The notes under the pieces were generated by a model. It had not been told where the DNA came from. It saw only the letters and a program-made list of their open reading frames with translations, and made no database searches. Positions 13,501 through 26,549 of a DNA stretch of 62,030 bases are shown in pieces. A program made the translations under genes and the position numbers. Within the stretch, counting starts at the first letter, position 1; every line of letters starts with the position of its first letter. Source of the stretch: Guillardia theta CCMP2712 (Eukaryota > Protista > Cryptophyta). The stretch lies in assembly GCF_000315625.1 (NCBI RefSeq), contig NW_005434641.1:13321-75350 (forward strand), read 5' to 3'.

Positions 13501-16500
13501 GGTCCTTTTGTGCTCGACGTAAGAGATCCACGGAATTCATAGTCAAGCTGTCCATCCTTGCATGGCCTTTCACATACAAGCACTGCCGCTCTCAGAGCAA
13601 TCAGCCCATTCCAAGTCTGAGGGAGGATACGGACATATCGAGCCTTGACAGGAGCGCTGAACAGTATCCTGGCTTTAGTGTTGGAGTCTGTGTTAGCATC
13701 CCAGGTGCGGCCACACTCTACAGGCACGAAAGATCGTCCGTCTTCGCTGACTTGCACCTGCAGCGCCGTGACCCACTGGTTTGCGACTCTTCTACCCTGC
13801 GTAACAACTCCAGAAACGCTGAGAACCTCCCCGATGTCGATGGTCATGAACTGGCCTGATGTGGACGACGATGCGATCCATGCATTGGGGGAGTTAAGTC
13901 TTCCTTGCGCATATCCAGTTCCCAGAGCAGACCCGGAGAGCACGGATGAGTATTGAAGTTGCATGTCAGGAGGGTTCACAACTACGTGATGATCGCACGC
14001 GGTGGCAGGTTTCGGAAGTGTGCAAGCGCATTCGGTGAGAATATCAGCGTCAGAGAGAGCGCGATCCCACATCTTGAGGGTACGGACGTATCCCGTGGCA
14101 TCTTTGCTTCCAGCGTCGTGGAAGAACCAAACTCCAGATTCTTCCAGCTGATAACCGTTGTCATAGGGTGGAGAGCCTGTTTCGCAAAGCCATCCGTTGA
14201 GGTAGAGCTTGATCTCTCCATCCGAACTCCTGGTGATGACAAACTGATATTGCACGCCAGGACGTAGTTGCTCATCACATTTCAATCCCGATGCCGTGGG
14301 AAAGCTCTGGAATTGCGTGTTGACATAAAATCCAGAGTCACCCCATCCATCAGAGCCAATTATCTTGTGCCAACCACTAACTTCATCGAACTGGGCCTGC
14401 AGATAAATTGAGTAGGACTTGCTTTTCAAGCAACTGTCTTGCAGAACAGACAAGCCGAGCCCATCGGCAAACCGATATCCTTTCATGACGTCGAAAGTTC
14501 CTTCACCCCACAGAGCCTCCATGCTGGGGCCTTTCGTGGAGGAGATGAAGCTGTCACGGAACCGGTACTCAAGCTCCCCGCCGACACAAGGCCTCTCGCA
14601 GAGAAGGATAGCCGCTCTCATGGACATGTGATTTGTCCAGGTCTGGGGGTAAATCCTTACATAGCGTCCAACAACAGGGGTTGGGAAAGGAACATACACC
14701 TTGGTGTTACGATCAGAGTTTCCGTCAAAGATGCGTCCACATTCAACTTCCACCCACTTGCCGCCATCATCGCTGACCTCGACTTTGAATGTGGTCACCC
14801 ATTGATCCCAATCACGTCGACCCTGCACAACAACGCCAGCGATACTTTGAATTTCTCCTCCATCAATCTGCATCCATTCACCGACTTTGTTCTGCTTAGC
14901 AGACCAAGCCTGTGGAGATCGAAGTCTGCCCCTGCCATGCAATACTCCAACAGGGTTGTTGTCCCAAACTCCAGAATATGCATAGTTGTAATCTGGTGGG
15001 GAGAAGATGATGAACTTGGAACAAGGTTTACCAAACTTGGCAAGAGTGCAACCACAGTATGTGGCCATTTCGACATCAGAAAGAGCCTTGCCGAAGAGTC
15101 TTAGTCTCTTGATCGTACCAGCACTGTTCTCAGATCCGTCATCATGGAAGAAATCCACCCACTTGGTGCTCATTTGGAACTTGTCGCTAAACAGCGGCTC
15201 CCCAGATGCACATTTGGCTCCGTGAAGGTACAACGAGACTGAACCAGAATCACTGCGAACCATTCCAATCTTGTACATCTGCTTCGGTCGGATCAGTTCG
15301 GGGCAACGAACATTGGCTGATTTGGGGAATAGCTGGAGGTTCTCGTTGACATACAGGCCGTTGTCATCCCAGCCATCGGAGGACAGGAGCCTTCGCCATC
15401 CAGTTGTGTCATCCAAGGCAAGTTCCATGATGATGCTGTAGGCCGATCCTGTGAGGCAACGAGATTGTTCAATGCGGAAACCTTTGCCAGCAGAGAAGAT
15501 GTATGGGCCTTCTGGAGTATCGAAAGTGCCTTCTCCCCAATATGGCAGAAGGGGCGGACCATGTGTAGCAGACAAGAAAGACATTTGAAAGCGATAGTCA
15601 AGCTCATTTCCTTCGCAAGGCCTTTCACAGAGCAAGACTCCTGCCCTCATGGACATATGTCCATACCATGTCTGTGGCTCGATCATGACATACCGTCCGC
15701 GAACGGGGTAGCCAAAAACAGTTTTCACCTTGCTGTCACGATCTACATTTCCAGGAAATACTCTACCGCAGTGTACATCCTTCCAGTGCAGGCCATCCTC
15801 ACTGACTTGGACACTGAAAGACGTGACCCACTGGCTGAGGTCGTGTCTGCCTTGTGTCACAACTCCAACAATACTTTGGACCATTCCGGTATCAAGCACC
15901 ATAAATTGTCCGACTTCATTCTTCAATGAGCTCCATGCCTGTTTGGAGTTGAGGCGTCCTCGTCCGTGCCCTTCACCAGGAGCATCGTTTGACCAGACAG
16001 AAGAGTACGTGATGAGCTGATTTGGCGGGACGAAGTTGATCCTGTTTTCGCATTCGGTACCAATTTGTGGAAGCTTACAATCACAGAGGATAGCAACTTG
16101 CTGATCATCCAGCTGTCGATTCCACATCTGAATTCTAGCTACCTGTCCAGCAGAATCTTGTCCACCGTCATCATGGAAGAACTGCATGTCATTGAGATCT
16201 AATGAGAACTTGTTGCTTATATCTGGCGAACCCTTGGAGCACATCTCACCATTGAGGAAAAGCTTGATTTCACCAGCGGCACTGCGGGAAACACCAAATA
16301 TGTATGTCTTTTTCGGGACGATTTGTTCTTGGCATGCTATCTCCGAGGACGTGGGATAGATCTGGTACACGTTGTTCACGAAGACGCCAGTGTCGCCCCA
16401 ACCTTTTGAGTTCACGATTCTACGCCAGCCTTCAGTGTCATCGAGACTGGCGGTGATCAAGATCGTCCACGCATTTCCAGTGATACATCTCTTGCGTTCC

Positions 16501-19500
16501 AGTTGCAAACCTTTGCCAGCTGGAAATTCATAAGGCCCAAGTGGCCCGACAAAGTTTCCCTCTCCCCACGAAGGATCCAGGGGAGGTCCAAACGTAGTAG
16601 AGAGAAAGTCTTGTCTAAAGTGGTAGTCAAGCTCTCCATTGACACACGGCTTCTCACAAATGATCAAGCCAGCTCGCATGCACATTGATCCATACCAACT
16701 CCATGGCACGATTCGAACAAATCTAGCATCAATGGGATAGGGGAACATTTTCTTCACTTTGGTGTTGCGATCATCATTGGCAGTAAAGTATTGGCCACAG
16801 AAAGCATCAACAAATGATTGACCATCGTTCGAGACTTGAACTTTGAATCCTTTCACCCATGAGTTGCCATCTTTTTTGCCTTGAATTACTACACCTAGGA
16901 TGGTTTGAGCAGATCCAGTGTCCATCTGCATGTAGTTTCCAATCTGGTTGGAGGCAGCACACCATGCTGCCTTAGAGTTTAACCTTCCCCGCGCATTCCC
17001 TTCGCCTGGTTGATCTCCTCCCAAGACACTGGAGTATGCTGTGCGAGGTGCACTAACAGAAAAGGATATGGTGTTGTCACAAGTCTTCGCCTTGTCAAGA
17101 TCGATACACTTGGCAGACGAACGAACTTCTTCGTTGGACAGAGTACGATTCCACATCTTGATTTGCTTCACATCTCCCTGCGGAAGCGTTCTACCGTCGC
17201 CATGGAAGAAGTTGACATCATGCGGGTTCAAAGCCAAATGATTTGCTTCCTCAGGCCTTCCCTCGCCACACCTGAGCGCAAAAATAAGTGAACCGAACCT
17301 GGTTCGAAGAAAGAGAAGAACTTCTTACAGATATCCGTTCAAGTACAAACTGACAATTCCATCTTGAGAGCGTGAAAGAATGATTTTGTACCAAATGTTG
17401 GGCAGGATCGGTTCGATACATTTGATGCTTGTGTCAGGATAAAGCGTGACCGTTCCACGAACATACAGTCCACTGCTCCCCCATCCTGCAGAATCGAGAA
17501 TTTTCATGGATCTATGATATCGAGTTAGACATCAAAATCATGAACATGGAGGACAATTACCCGTCAACTTTGTCAAATCGAACTTCTAGAAGAATTGAAT
17601 ATTCGAAAGGGTTCATGTGCCTGCCTTGATCCGCAGCCAGTCCTGCTCCCTTGCTGAAATGGTAACCATCCTCCTCAGTCGACTTGCCGACACCCCATGG
17701 GGTAGCGAGGGACGCTCCTCCTTTGCGCGCCTCCGTTGTCTGGCCTGGCTTCCAATCAAGCTGTCCTCCACGAGGAGCGGGAGGTTTCGGTGCAGGGCCC
17801 CGTTCACCAGAACAGCATAGCCCAATATCGTCTGAGTGTGTACAGGTCGACTGTTGCCAAGGCGCGTGAGCGCAACCAGCAATGTCTCTTTCGAAACCCA
17901 AGCACTGGACGTCAGAGAGCCAGATTGGGGTGGAATCGTCGGTGTTGGGCTGGCAGCCTCCATACTTGGTCTGCATCGCGCATCTGCTCTTGCTGGTCCC
18001 TCCATCGGCGAAACCAAGACTCTTGCAAAGGGCATTCGCTGATTGCGAACCAAAGTTCTTGCCACAGACAGTTCCCCAGGCGCCCCTATGCAAAACTTCC
18101 AAACGGCAACCAAAACGGGAACAGTCAACAAGCCTGATTTTAGTCTTCACAAATGGATTCGTGGTATCATCGTCGGACTCCGATTTTTCCTCTTCTACCT
18201 CCTCTTCTGCTCCCGGCGATTCAGCCGAAGGGCATCGAGGAAAATAACTTGGCCCTACTCGGTGGCCCTTCGGTCCAGTTGCAAACCCAAAGCAACAAAT
18301 TCCAACATCTTCACTGTGTGCACAGTTGTTCGCTGCCCAGGGAGAATGTTTGCAGTCGCCAACGTCTCCTTCGGATCCCGTACATGATACGTCAGAAAGC
18401 CATACCATTCCAGAACCACCTCCTTTCCGAGGATTAATAATCGCCTGATTGTTTGCAAAGCCAAGCATGGAGCAGATCATTCCCGCAGTCTCTTCCTTGA
18501 AACCCTTGCCACAGACGGAACCCCACTCATCCTCAAACAACACTTCCAGGCGGCATCCCCTGTAGTTGCAGTCTACAAGCCTCATGGTTTCTGTGGAAGC
18601 AGCTGGACAATCATACTTGGACGACGCCCACTTGGTTCTTTCTCCCGGCGGGCCCTCAGGGCCACGAATACCAACAATTCCAGGGATGCCCGGAGGACCT
18701 GATCTCAAACATCAGGGTACACAAATCGACCGTGGTGAGCAAAAGATACCTTGCAGACCATCGGGTCCAGCCTTGCCAATGCTGCCAACTTCTCCTTGAG
18801 GACCCGTCGATCCGATCTGTCCTGCAGGACCCTGGGGACCTTGCCTACCTTTGGCACCCTGTGGACCAACCAACCCTTCGTCTCCGTCGTGACCGTTGGC
18901 TCCGTTCATTCCAGGAGGACCTGGGGCACCAACTATGGGAACTATGCTTTCGATCTCATCGGTATCCTTGAGATTTAGTGACTTCACGTCGGACTCGATC
19001 GCAGACATCTCTTCTTGGATGAAGTTAGAAAGCTTCGACTCTGCCTTCTCTATTCTAGTCTCTTCTTGATTGGAATGTTCCATATGCTCGTCAGCACCTT
19101 TGATCTCGCGAGTTAAATCTTTCTCTTCTTGAAGATACTTGGTTGGGATTGTGGGAGATTGATCTGCTGCTGTAATCCCGCTCAAATCTGCTAACGATTG
19201 TACCCTGCCGGCTCCCATCTTACTGGCCAGCGAGCCTGAGTCATTGTGCGAGGCATGTTTAGATCTACTGGAAAACTTGTTATTGACATATCCTCTGTCG
19301 ACAGAATCAATAGCCTAGAAAACGCAGTGTGTCACCTCCATGGCGCATACACAGTGAAACACGGATTCACAACAAAAATAGAAACAAAAGTTTAACTCGA
19401 TTCAGCACAAACACACCACCAGAAAAGACTCGGCTGCTGCAAGGATCGCAAAGATCCATAATTTACCTCGCAAGACACGATGAATAGGGCAACAGCCGCC

Positions 19501-19595
19501 AGCAACGACAAGCATGCAATCCTGGTGCTGCTGGTGGCATGTAGCCTCTTTGAAACAATACGAGTTTGAAGGGAGGGATGAACCATCGGCAGCAT
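1580..19595 (-). CDS. Giant multidomain surface protein: TM/signal anchor - coiled coil - collagen - 2x SRCR - 11x (LamG/ConA-like + F5/8 type C discoidin) - 7x PA14 - Gly/Glu/Lys tail; multi-exon
   Basis: Collinear minus-strand ORFs separated by short introns. Hydrophobic [17 protein letters not shown]; about 27 G-X-Y triplets; SRCR motifs [14 protein letters not shown] and [14 protein letters not shown]; repeated RLNS..AW / GVVTQGR / ARYVRIYP (F5/8C); repeated Y.FC..SDDGS (PA14). The last exon (TYS|GPDT) runs into GEGKGK repeats and TAG at 1580. Joining all parts into one gene is inferred. Confidence 0.8.
1590..1760 (-). repeat. Coding hexanucleotide repeat (GGCGAG/GGCAAG)n encoding the GEGKGK tail of the giant protein
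   Basis: (gccctc/gccctt)n on the + strand, in frame with [21 protein letters not shown] on the - strand. Confidence 0.8.
1900..5740 (-). other. Seven PA14-like domains of the giant protein
   Basis: Motifs [64 protein letters not shown] and [10 protein letters not shown], usually followed by TY.GPDT. Confidence 0.75.
5760..17780 (-). other. Eleven alternating LamG/ConA-like + F5/8 type C (discoidin) units of about 330 aa
   Basis: Ten F5/8C domains in ORF 7311..17237 plus one at about 5760-6260. The intervening domains carry Y.FVITRS.DG.V.LYLNG...I.MWDRALS (LamG_3-like). Confidence 0.8.
17810..18590 (-). other. Two SRCR domains
   Basis: WGSVC...[36 protein letters not shown] and WGTVC...[36 protein letters not shown]. 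Confidence 0.9.
18640..18930 (-). other. Collagen triple-helix segment, about 27 Gly-X-Y triplets split by one intron
   Basis: [60 protein letters not shown] | [21 protein letters not shown]. Confidence 0.9.
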
Positions 19596-20399
19596 GGAAC
19601 CTCCCCCGCAGGGGATCCTTACTCGGTCCTTCCTCCCTTGCGCAATGGCGCCGTCGCCTGTTGAAGGGGCGCACGTCTCTTCGCCCAATTCCTCATCCCC
19701 GCTAAGGCCCGCGAATTTTAAAACTATTCTGATGACAGCGAGGAAAGTACCCTGTGAAAGTCCCAAGAAAGGATGGGAAAGAACCCGGTGTAGTACCCGT
19801 AAATATGCTTGCTCGAAATTATTTCAGAATTCCACAAAACAATTATTAAAATCACCCAACTTTTTCTCTGGTACCCGACTACCACAATCATGATGGAGAT
19901 GGGATAGACCACCCCACCCTCCCCGGAGAGAGAAGTACGGGTATACGACCATGTACCCTTCCGACCTCATCGCTAACAGATTGGGTACTCAGGAAAGGGT
20001 GGGTGATCAAAGTAAACGGTAGGGGTGGTCCAAGGGATACAAGGAATTGCCCCACCTACCCCCTAGTGTTGTGGGAATGGTCAGCAAGGGGGTTCGAATT
20101 TCAGATTGGGGGTAGTAACGGAATAAACTGCTGACTCATCAGGGAAATGTAAAAATAGTGGTTTTAAAAATGTACCATAAAATTTTTTTGGATAAGCTTT
20201 TATTTGATTTTTGTATACAATTTTCTCCGAGTTCCGGGCGAAATTTTGTACCAAGAAGTTATTTATATAAAAGGGAGTTGCATTGTAGTTTAAATTGAGG
20301 ATTTTACGGAATCCCCGGGGATGCCGCACGAATGATGGAGTGGGTAGAAGAGAATGTTGGCTCAATCATGATGACTAGAGCCGTCTGCTTGAGTCCGAC

Positions 20400-23300
20400 C
20401 TACTCATGAGCAAAATGTGTACAGCAAGACCTCAGTAGCACAGTGACCTCGCTCGATGAAGACATGAAATGTCTGAATCATCTTCAGCTCTTTTCCACAG
20501 GCCACAGGCAAGCATGTGCGATGGCGCGGAGGTTTTTGGAAGGATAAGATGAGGAGATCGGGTCGTTCTCTAAGTATTGGGCCTTATTCAAGTACACCTG
20601 TGAGCTGGTGGTGTGGGCAGGCTGATTCGGCGGGATGTGTCGATCGTGCAAAGGCTTCTAATCAGATGGTTTGCTTTTCTGATAGAGATGAGCTAAGTAG
20701 GAAACTTTCTCATCCGGACTCCTAGTAAATTCCACGTTATGTCCATCGGGGACGAGAAATTATCGAGATACCTGCGAGGATCTTGAAGGAATTGCAACAT
20801 TTTCTCGCTCTCCCTCCGGTTTCTGGATGCTCGATTGAGGAGGAAAAGGAAGTTGGGGGGGGGGAGGGGGGGGGGGGGGGGGGGTTATGGAAGAATTTCA
20901 TTCCTTTTTTGGTCTGGCCACGGGTGGGGGTTCCCATCTTTTTGCCCCAATATGGGGATGCATCCCTTTCTCTTTTCCTCCCCCGCCAGGGAAATGGTCT
21001 GGTATGGGAAAACCCCCCATTGATCCCTGAAACCGGCCGGAAAAGAAAGGTTCCTGGACTATCTGCATGATCTGCCGATTCCGGATTTCATCCTCGGACA
21101 GCCCTTGCTGGCAGCCAACAATCAGGCCGTCAGCCAGTGCAGAGCACGAGAATCACCTGCCGAAGAGATTCATATTCCAGCCTCTGTAGCTCGCCATCCT
21201 GTTGCATTTCTCGATTAAACACGTGAACAGGCTTTCCTTTGTAGACCAGATCAATCTTGTTCCAATCCTCCGCCTTCCTCGGGATATTTTTCTGGTTCAT
21301 TCTCTCTGCAGCTTTGTCCGAGCGCTCCATGGTGGCATCTGATGCCTTCGACATCTGCAAGGACGTGCGGTACTCTGCGAGCACCATGAGCGCAGCAATG
21401 CGAGTAGAACAAATTCTGCACCTTTCCGTCTCTTCTTCGCGGCCCCGGCCTCGAGTTCCTCGAAAGCAGCGGCAATGCTGTTGTCGTTCGTTCCCTGCTC
21501 GAGCCCTGTATGAGTTGTGCAAAGTAGCCGCACACGCGGCAAGAGCAAGAGGAGGGGAACAATGCTCTGGGAATTCGCTCACCAGGATGGATTTGGCTTG
21601 CAGTAGACTATCGCGAGATCGTTGCTGCAACTGTTGTAAGCTGTGCAGCGCGAAAGATCGCAAGAGGAGCTCAAATCGCTCACGGTAAGGATGTTTGCAG
21701 ACCCAGACTGATTGAAGGGAGTCAGTTCGCAGCCCTCTGAAACGTCTTGCACATACAAAACTGTCATACTGAGAACGGGCTGCATCCTCCAACGCCGAGA
21801 TCTCCGCGTAAATCTGTGCATCACTCTCACCTGCTCTGTCATCCCCTCACGTTGCCTTGCCTGTCCCTGACGAAAGTAAGCTTTGACTGATCTGGGATCC
21901 AGCGACAGAGCCTGTAGTGTGATCACTCGAGTACCATATTTGAGCATACTCTGACGCAGACCTCCTTGCAATGCTGCAAAGCCAGATCCAACTCCCTCGC
22001 AGCTTCCAAATCTCGTTTCATCCCCACACTGCAAAATCGCACGATCAACCGTCAACGGACGCCAGAGGGGAGATTGCCTTTTCTTGTATCCACTCGCCGC
22101 GATGTTGAGGTGGCAAGACGTCAGCATCTCCTTCACCTGTTGTGCGACGTCAAAATCAGCGAAGAACGGGCCGTGAAATCTACGAGTACCTGTTTGAAAG
22201 GTATTGACTTGTAAGGCTCAAGCACTTGCAGGGCATTTTGATAGCACTCCATCGCTTCACTCCACTCCTTCGTTATCGGTGCCCATCAGCTTGTCACGGC
22301 TCAGCAGGGCCAACAGGCAACCTGATTCTTGAATTTATCGTTGCCTTCCACCTTGTAGCTGTTGGCGATGGCAAGGCAAGAATCGAAGGAAACTCTTTCA
22401 TCACCCTCCGCTTGGTAACCAGGAAGTTGAGATGAGTCTATGTACCCATCTCTTCCATGATCTTCCTCCATGTCCTCTTCTTCAGCATCATCTCCATCAT
22501 CATCCTCCCTGTCCTCTTCTTCAGCATCATCTCCATCATCATCCTCCCTGTCCTCTTCTTCAGCATCATCTCCATCATCATCCTCCCTGTCCTCTTCTTC
22601 AGCATCATCTCCATCATCATCCTCCCTGTCCTCTTCTTCAGCATCATCTCCATCATCATCCTCCCTGTCCTCTTCTTCAGCATCATCTCCATCATCATCC
22701 TCCCTGTCCTCTTCTTCAGCATCATCTCCATCATCATCCTCCCTGTCCTCTTCTCCAGAATCATCTCCATCATCATCCTGGCCACCGGCTCCTTCTGCGT
22801 CTTGCTCGTAATTGTCCCGGCTGTCGTCGCCTTCTTCATCCTGTTTGTCATTGTTGCGGTTGTGGTCTTCCTCCTCTCTCCCTCGCGCCATGGCTTGTTG
22901 TATCACTTCCAGATGTGAAGCGATGGTGACATCACCAGGCGCGAGGTTCTGAGCAGAGACTGCATCGCTGATAGCCCCAACAAAATCCTCAAGGGCGAAC
23001 TTTGCCTACAGAGAGCAAGGGTCTGACATGAAGTTGCGACGAAGAAGACGATGAAACTATACCTGAGATCGACGGTAGATGGCCTTCACGTTGTTCGGAT
23101 CTCTCTGCAGGACGAGGTTGCACATGGCAACCGCATCGCTGTACGAAGATTGTGACTTGATGCAGCATGCTGCGATGTTGAGCCGGCAAATGCTTTGCAG
23201 GTTTGTGGACTCCTCCACCTGGCTTGGCTCGAGGACTTCAAGATCCAATGCCTCAAATGTCGTCAAGCACTCCTTGTACGAGTTCATGGCTGACCCGTAA

Positions 23301-26300
23301 CTTTCGTGCTTAAAGAATGAGTTTCCTTCACCTTTCAATTGACGCATTTTCTCCAATAGCTGGGCCATACCAGCAATGTGCTTTTCTCTCTTCGCTTGTT
23401 CTTCCTTTGCCCTCCTCTGTTCTTCCTGCTGCCGTTGTTGCTCCAATTCCCTGGCCTCTTGTTCCCTCCTCTCCGCTTCTTTCCTCTCGATTTCTTCGTC
23501 ACGGAAAGCTTCCGCTTCCGCTAACATCTTTGCAGCATTTTCTGACAAGAATCCCTCTTCCACACGCTCAAGTGCCGCTATTGCCTCTCCGTACAGCTTT
23601 TGTTGAAATTTCACCTTTCCTAACCGCTCGTACGCTCGGCTCATGACCTTCGAGTCTGCTTTCGTTCTCTTTCCAGTCTCAATGGCAAGCTGACAATCCT
23701 CAGCAGCCTACCATGACAATCTCACCCTCATCATCTCTGAGTTTTGAGTCACCTTGTCATACTGATCCAACGTCAGGTAAACAGCAGCCCGATTGGTCAA
23801 TGCTTGCACACTATCGCGGTCCATCTATCACAAACATCTGAACTTGTCAACTGTTCAGACAACAATCCCAACCTCATATGCTTTTGTGTACAGCTGAATC
23901 GAGCTCTGCAGTTTGCGATTTCGCAGCACCCCGTGAGAAATCTGGAAGGAAGAGAAATAAGAAGGACGAAGATCGGCAACGAATTCATCAACGACACTGG
24001 ATATTGAAACGTGGATGAGGAAAGCAAAATAGCGTGAGTGAGAATGAGAACAAGAACGAGAACGAGAACGAGAACGAGAACGAGAACGAGAACAAGAACA
24101 AGAACAAGAACGAAATAGCCGCTGATGAGATCAGCAGATATGAAGAAGTTTTTGGTCTACACCTTGAGAGCAGCCTGATATTCTGCATTTCCCTGCTCTC
24201 TCAGCAGTCCTGACTCGAACATTCTATCTGCCGACTCTGAGATCTCATCATCTGTGATGAAGACGTCAGAAGGGGGCTTCTGCTTCCTTTCAGTCTCCGC
24301 GTTCACTTTCTTTGACCTGTAAAGGCACGAGTGATGAGGTGCCGTCGTTCGAGTCACAAATTTTACCCAAGCGTCGAGGCAGCACTGACACTCTCCTGCT
24401 GTACAACAGCGGGCTTAGAAATTCCACTTTGTCCGTTGTTCAGATGATGATCATCGCTTTGTCCTGCTTGTGCAGTAGAAGAAGCGACAGTTTTGTCTTT
24501 CTTGGGTGTTGAACGCCCATCCTCCTTGGAATCCTTCAATATGGGCTCTTTGCTCGGGCTCACTTCACCCTTCTTCGCGTCCTCTTTTTCTGACTTTTGC
24601 TGTCGATCCCCTGTATTCTTGTGCTCTGCCTCTAAACCCTTCTTATTTCAATTCAGCTTCATCGCCATAAATCTCAACAAGACGACTTACTTTCACAATG
24701 CTCAGATCTTGGCTCAAAGCCTGCATCTGTGCCGTAAGGTTCGAGATGTCTCTTTTCCCAGTGTCCGATGCGACATCTGCAGCCGCTTGCTCTATTGACG
24801 TCTTGTCTTTGGCCAGGTGTTCTCTTTCGACCATGTCCTGCGACACTTTCTCTCCGAGTGAGCATTTCTGGCTCATCTTCGCTTCAAGCTGGGTTTTCTT
24901 CTGGTCGCTCTGCTGACAGCAGCCAGACGAATTGGATTCTTGACTGGTGGTAGTGGTCATGAGATGAATCGATCGAAAGAAGGAAGGGGGATGGGATGAA
25001 CAAGAGATCATTGTGAGGGGGTCACCTATCGTCATCAAGAAACCGAGTTTTCGCCCATAGAAGAGCTCGAACGACGACAACATGCAGCCCTTTCGTGAAT
25101 CCAAGCACTCCAAGCATAGATAATGATCCTCGTATCTATCAGGCATCCTGGTCAAACGAAGTGTGGCACAGATGACCGAGACGTCGTACCTGATCTGCAA
25201 GGGAAGTGTAGAACACGCCTTGCTTCCTTCGAAGTTCTTCTTCCCGTCTCCGCCAGAAATGCCTGTTGAAGTTTGGTCCTCATTCTCAACCTGAAGACGG
25301 CAAAGGAAATCATACCACAGAGCATTGATGCCAATAAAACCAGTCATGAAGATCCACTGATAGAACCAGTCATGCTCCAAGGCCGTGCTCGCCTCACTCA
25401 GACTCACGCGTGCTCGCGGCATGTCCTGCTTCACATCTCCGGTGCCAATACATCTGTTGTACACGATGAAGCTTGAAATGGAAACATTTAGCGGGGCCTT
25501 CACATTGCAGAGAACAAAAGTACCTTGCAGCCATCCATGCGCCGGACGCGCAAGCCAGGGGGAAGACTTGACGAGTGAGATAGACTGCGATGACATCACA
25601 TCTCTCATTCATATCTCCTTCCCTTTTACCAGCTGCCGTATCCCTCCATGTCTGCAAACGAAAAACAAGACGTTTCCAGTAGACTTCCTGTTCCTTGTAC
25701 TGGTCCTCCAACTTGCGAAGGGCCTGGACCTCTGACATCAGAACCAAGAACTTATCCAACAAGTCCAACCTTGCTGATTCTTTCCTTCTCAAGGCTGGAG
25801 CAGGCGAGCAGGGTTGCTTGCTGATTGAACTTGTTAGGAAACAGGGGGTAATCAAACGAGACGCCAAACCCGCATGTCCTGTATAGCAGCCGAGGGTTCT
25901 CCCTTGCCCTGTTAACCCCTTAACCACACACAGAACATTTTAGTTCTGGATTACCGCTCTTGCGATTGCACGTAAGTAAAGTGCCTTCGCCTTGTAGTCT
26001 TTGATAAGGTCACGTTCATGTTGTTTACCCTGCATTGGTTGAACCTGGGATTGAAACGTGTAGCAGGCACTCTGAATCGAGGATGGCAGCATCCCACTTG
26101 TGCTGTCTGAGATAAGCCAGTGCTCGATTATAGTAGACCTGTTCGAATGTGACGTTCAGGTTGGGATTGACTGCATCCGATCTAGCTTCACCTTCGATCG
26201 CCCACTCTTATCAGTGAGGGAAATGAAGATCAACGATTGGCTGTACGTGTTCGCTGCTTGATGATACTCTCCCTGCACTCATGAATCAAAGTCCCTGACC

Positions 26301-26549
26301 ACACAGAGGCCTTTTACCTTGTCGTACAGCTGATTCCCACTGATCACGATCTTTGACCAAGCATCCTAGAGCAACACAGGGTGAAAAACGAGATTCTCTA
26401 TGAACCACAGCACGATCTTCTCTTCCAGGCAAACCAAAAAGGTGCATCATAATCACTCTAGTCCATCACGAAGACGTCAAGCTCTTGTCTCCCTCCCTCA
26501 CCTCCGCCTTCACATCCCGTGCCACGTCCAGCATAGCTTCCTCCGCCAT
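20400..26549 (-). CDS. Multi-exon TPR-repeat protein with several TPR clusters and an acidic repeat; may be one or two genes; 3' end uncertain
   Basis: TPR motifs LKGEGNSFFKHESYGSAMNSY, RLNIAACCIK, LQRDPNNVKAIYRRSQ, YKVEGNDKFK, LDPRSVKAYFRQGQA and LREQGNAEY. Confidence 0.7.
22473..22778 (-). repeat. Coding 39-bp tandem repeat, 7 copies plus one variant (EEEDREDDDGDDA)
   Basis: Unit tcctcttcttcagcatcatctccatcatcatcctccctg is directly visible. Confidence 0.95.

Noticed and set aside
20845-21050. Poly-G and homopolymer-rich segment as a G-quadruplex element
   Set aside because: It looks like low-quality sequence or an intron within the 3' part of the TPR gene, so a function cannot be supported.
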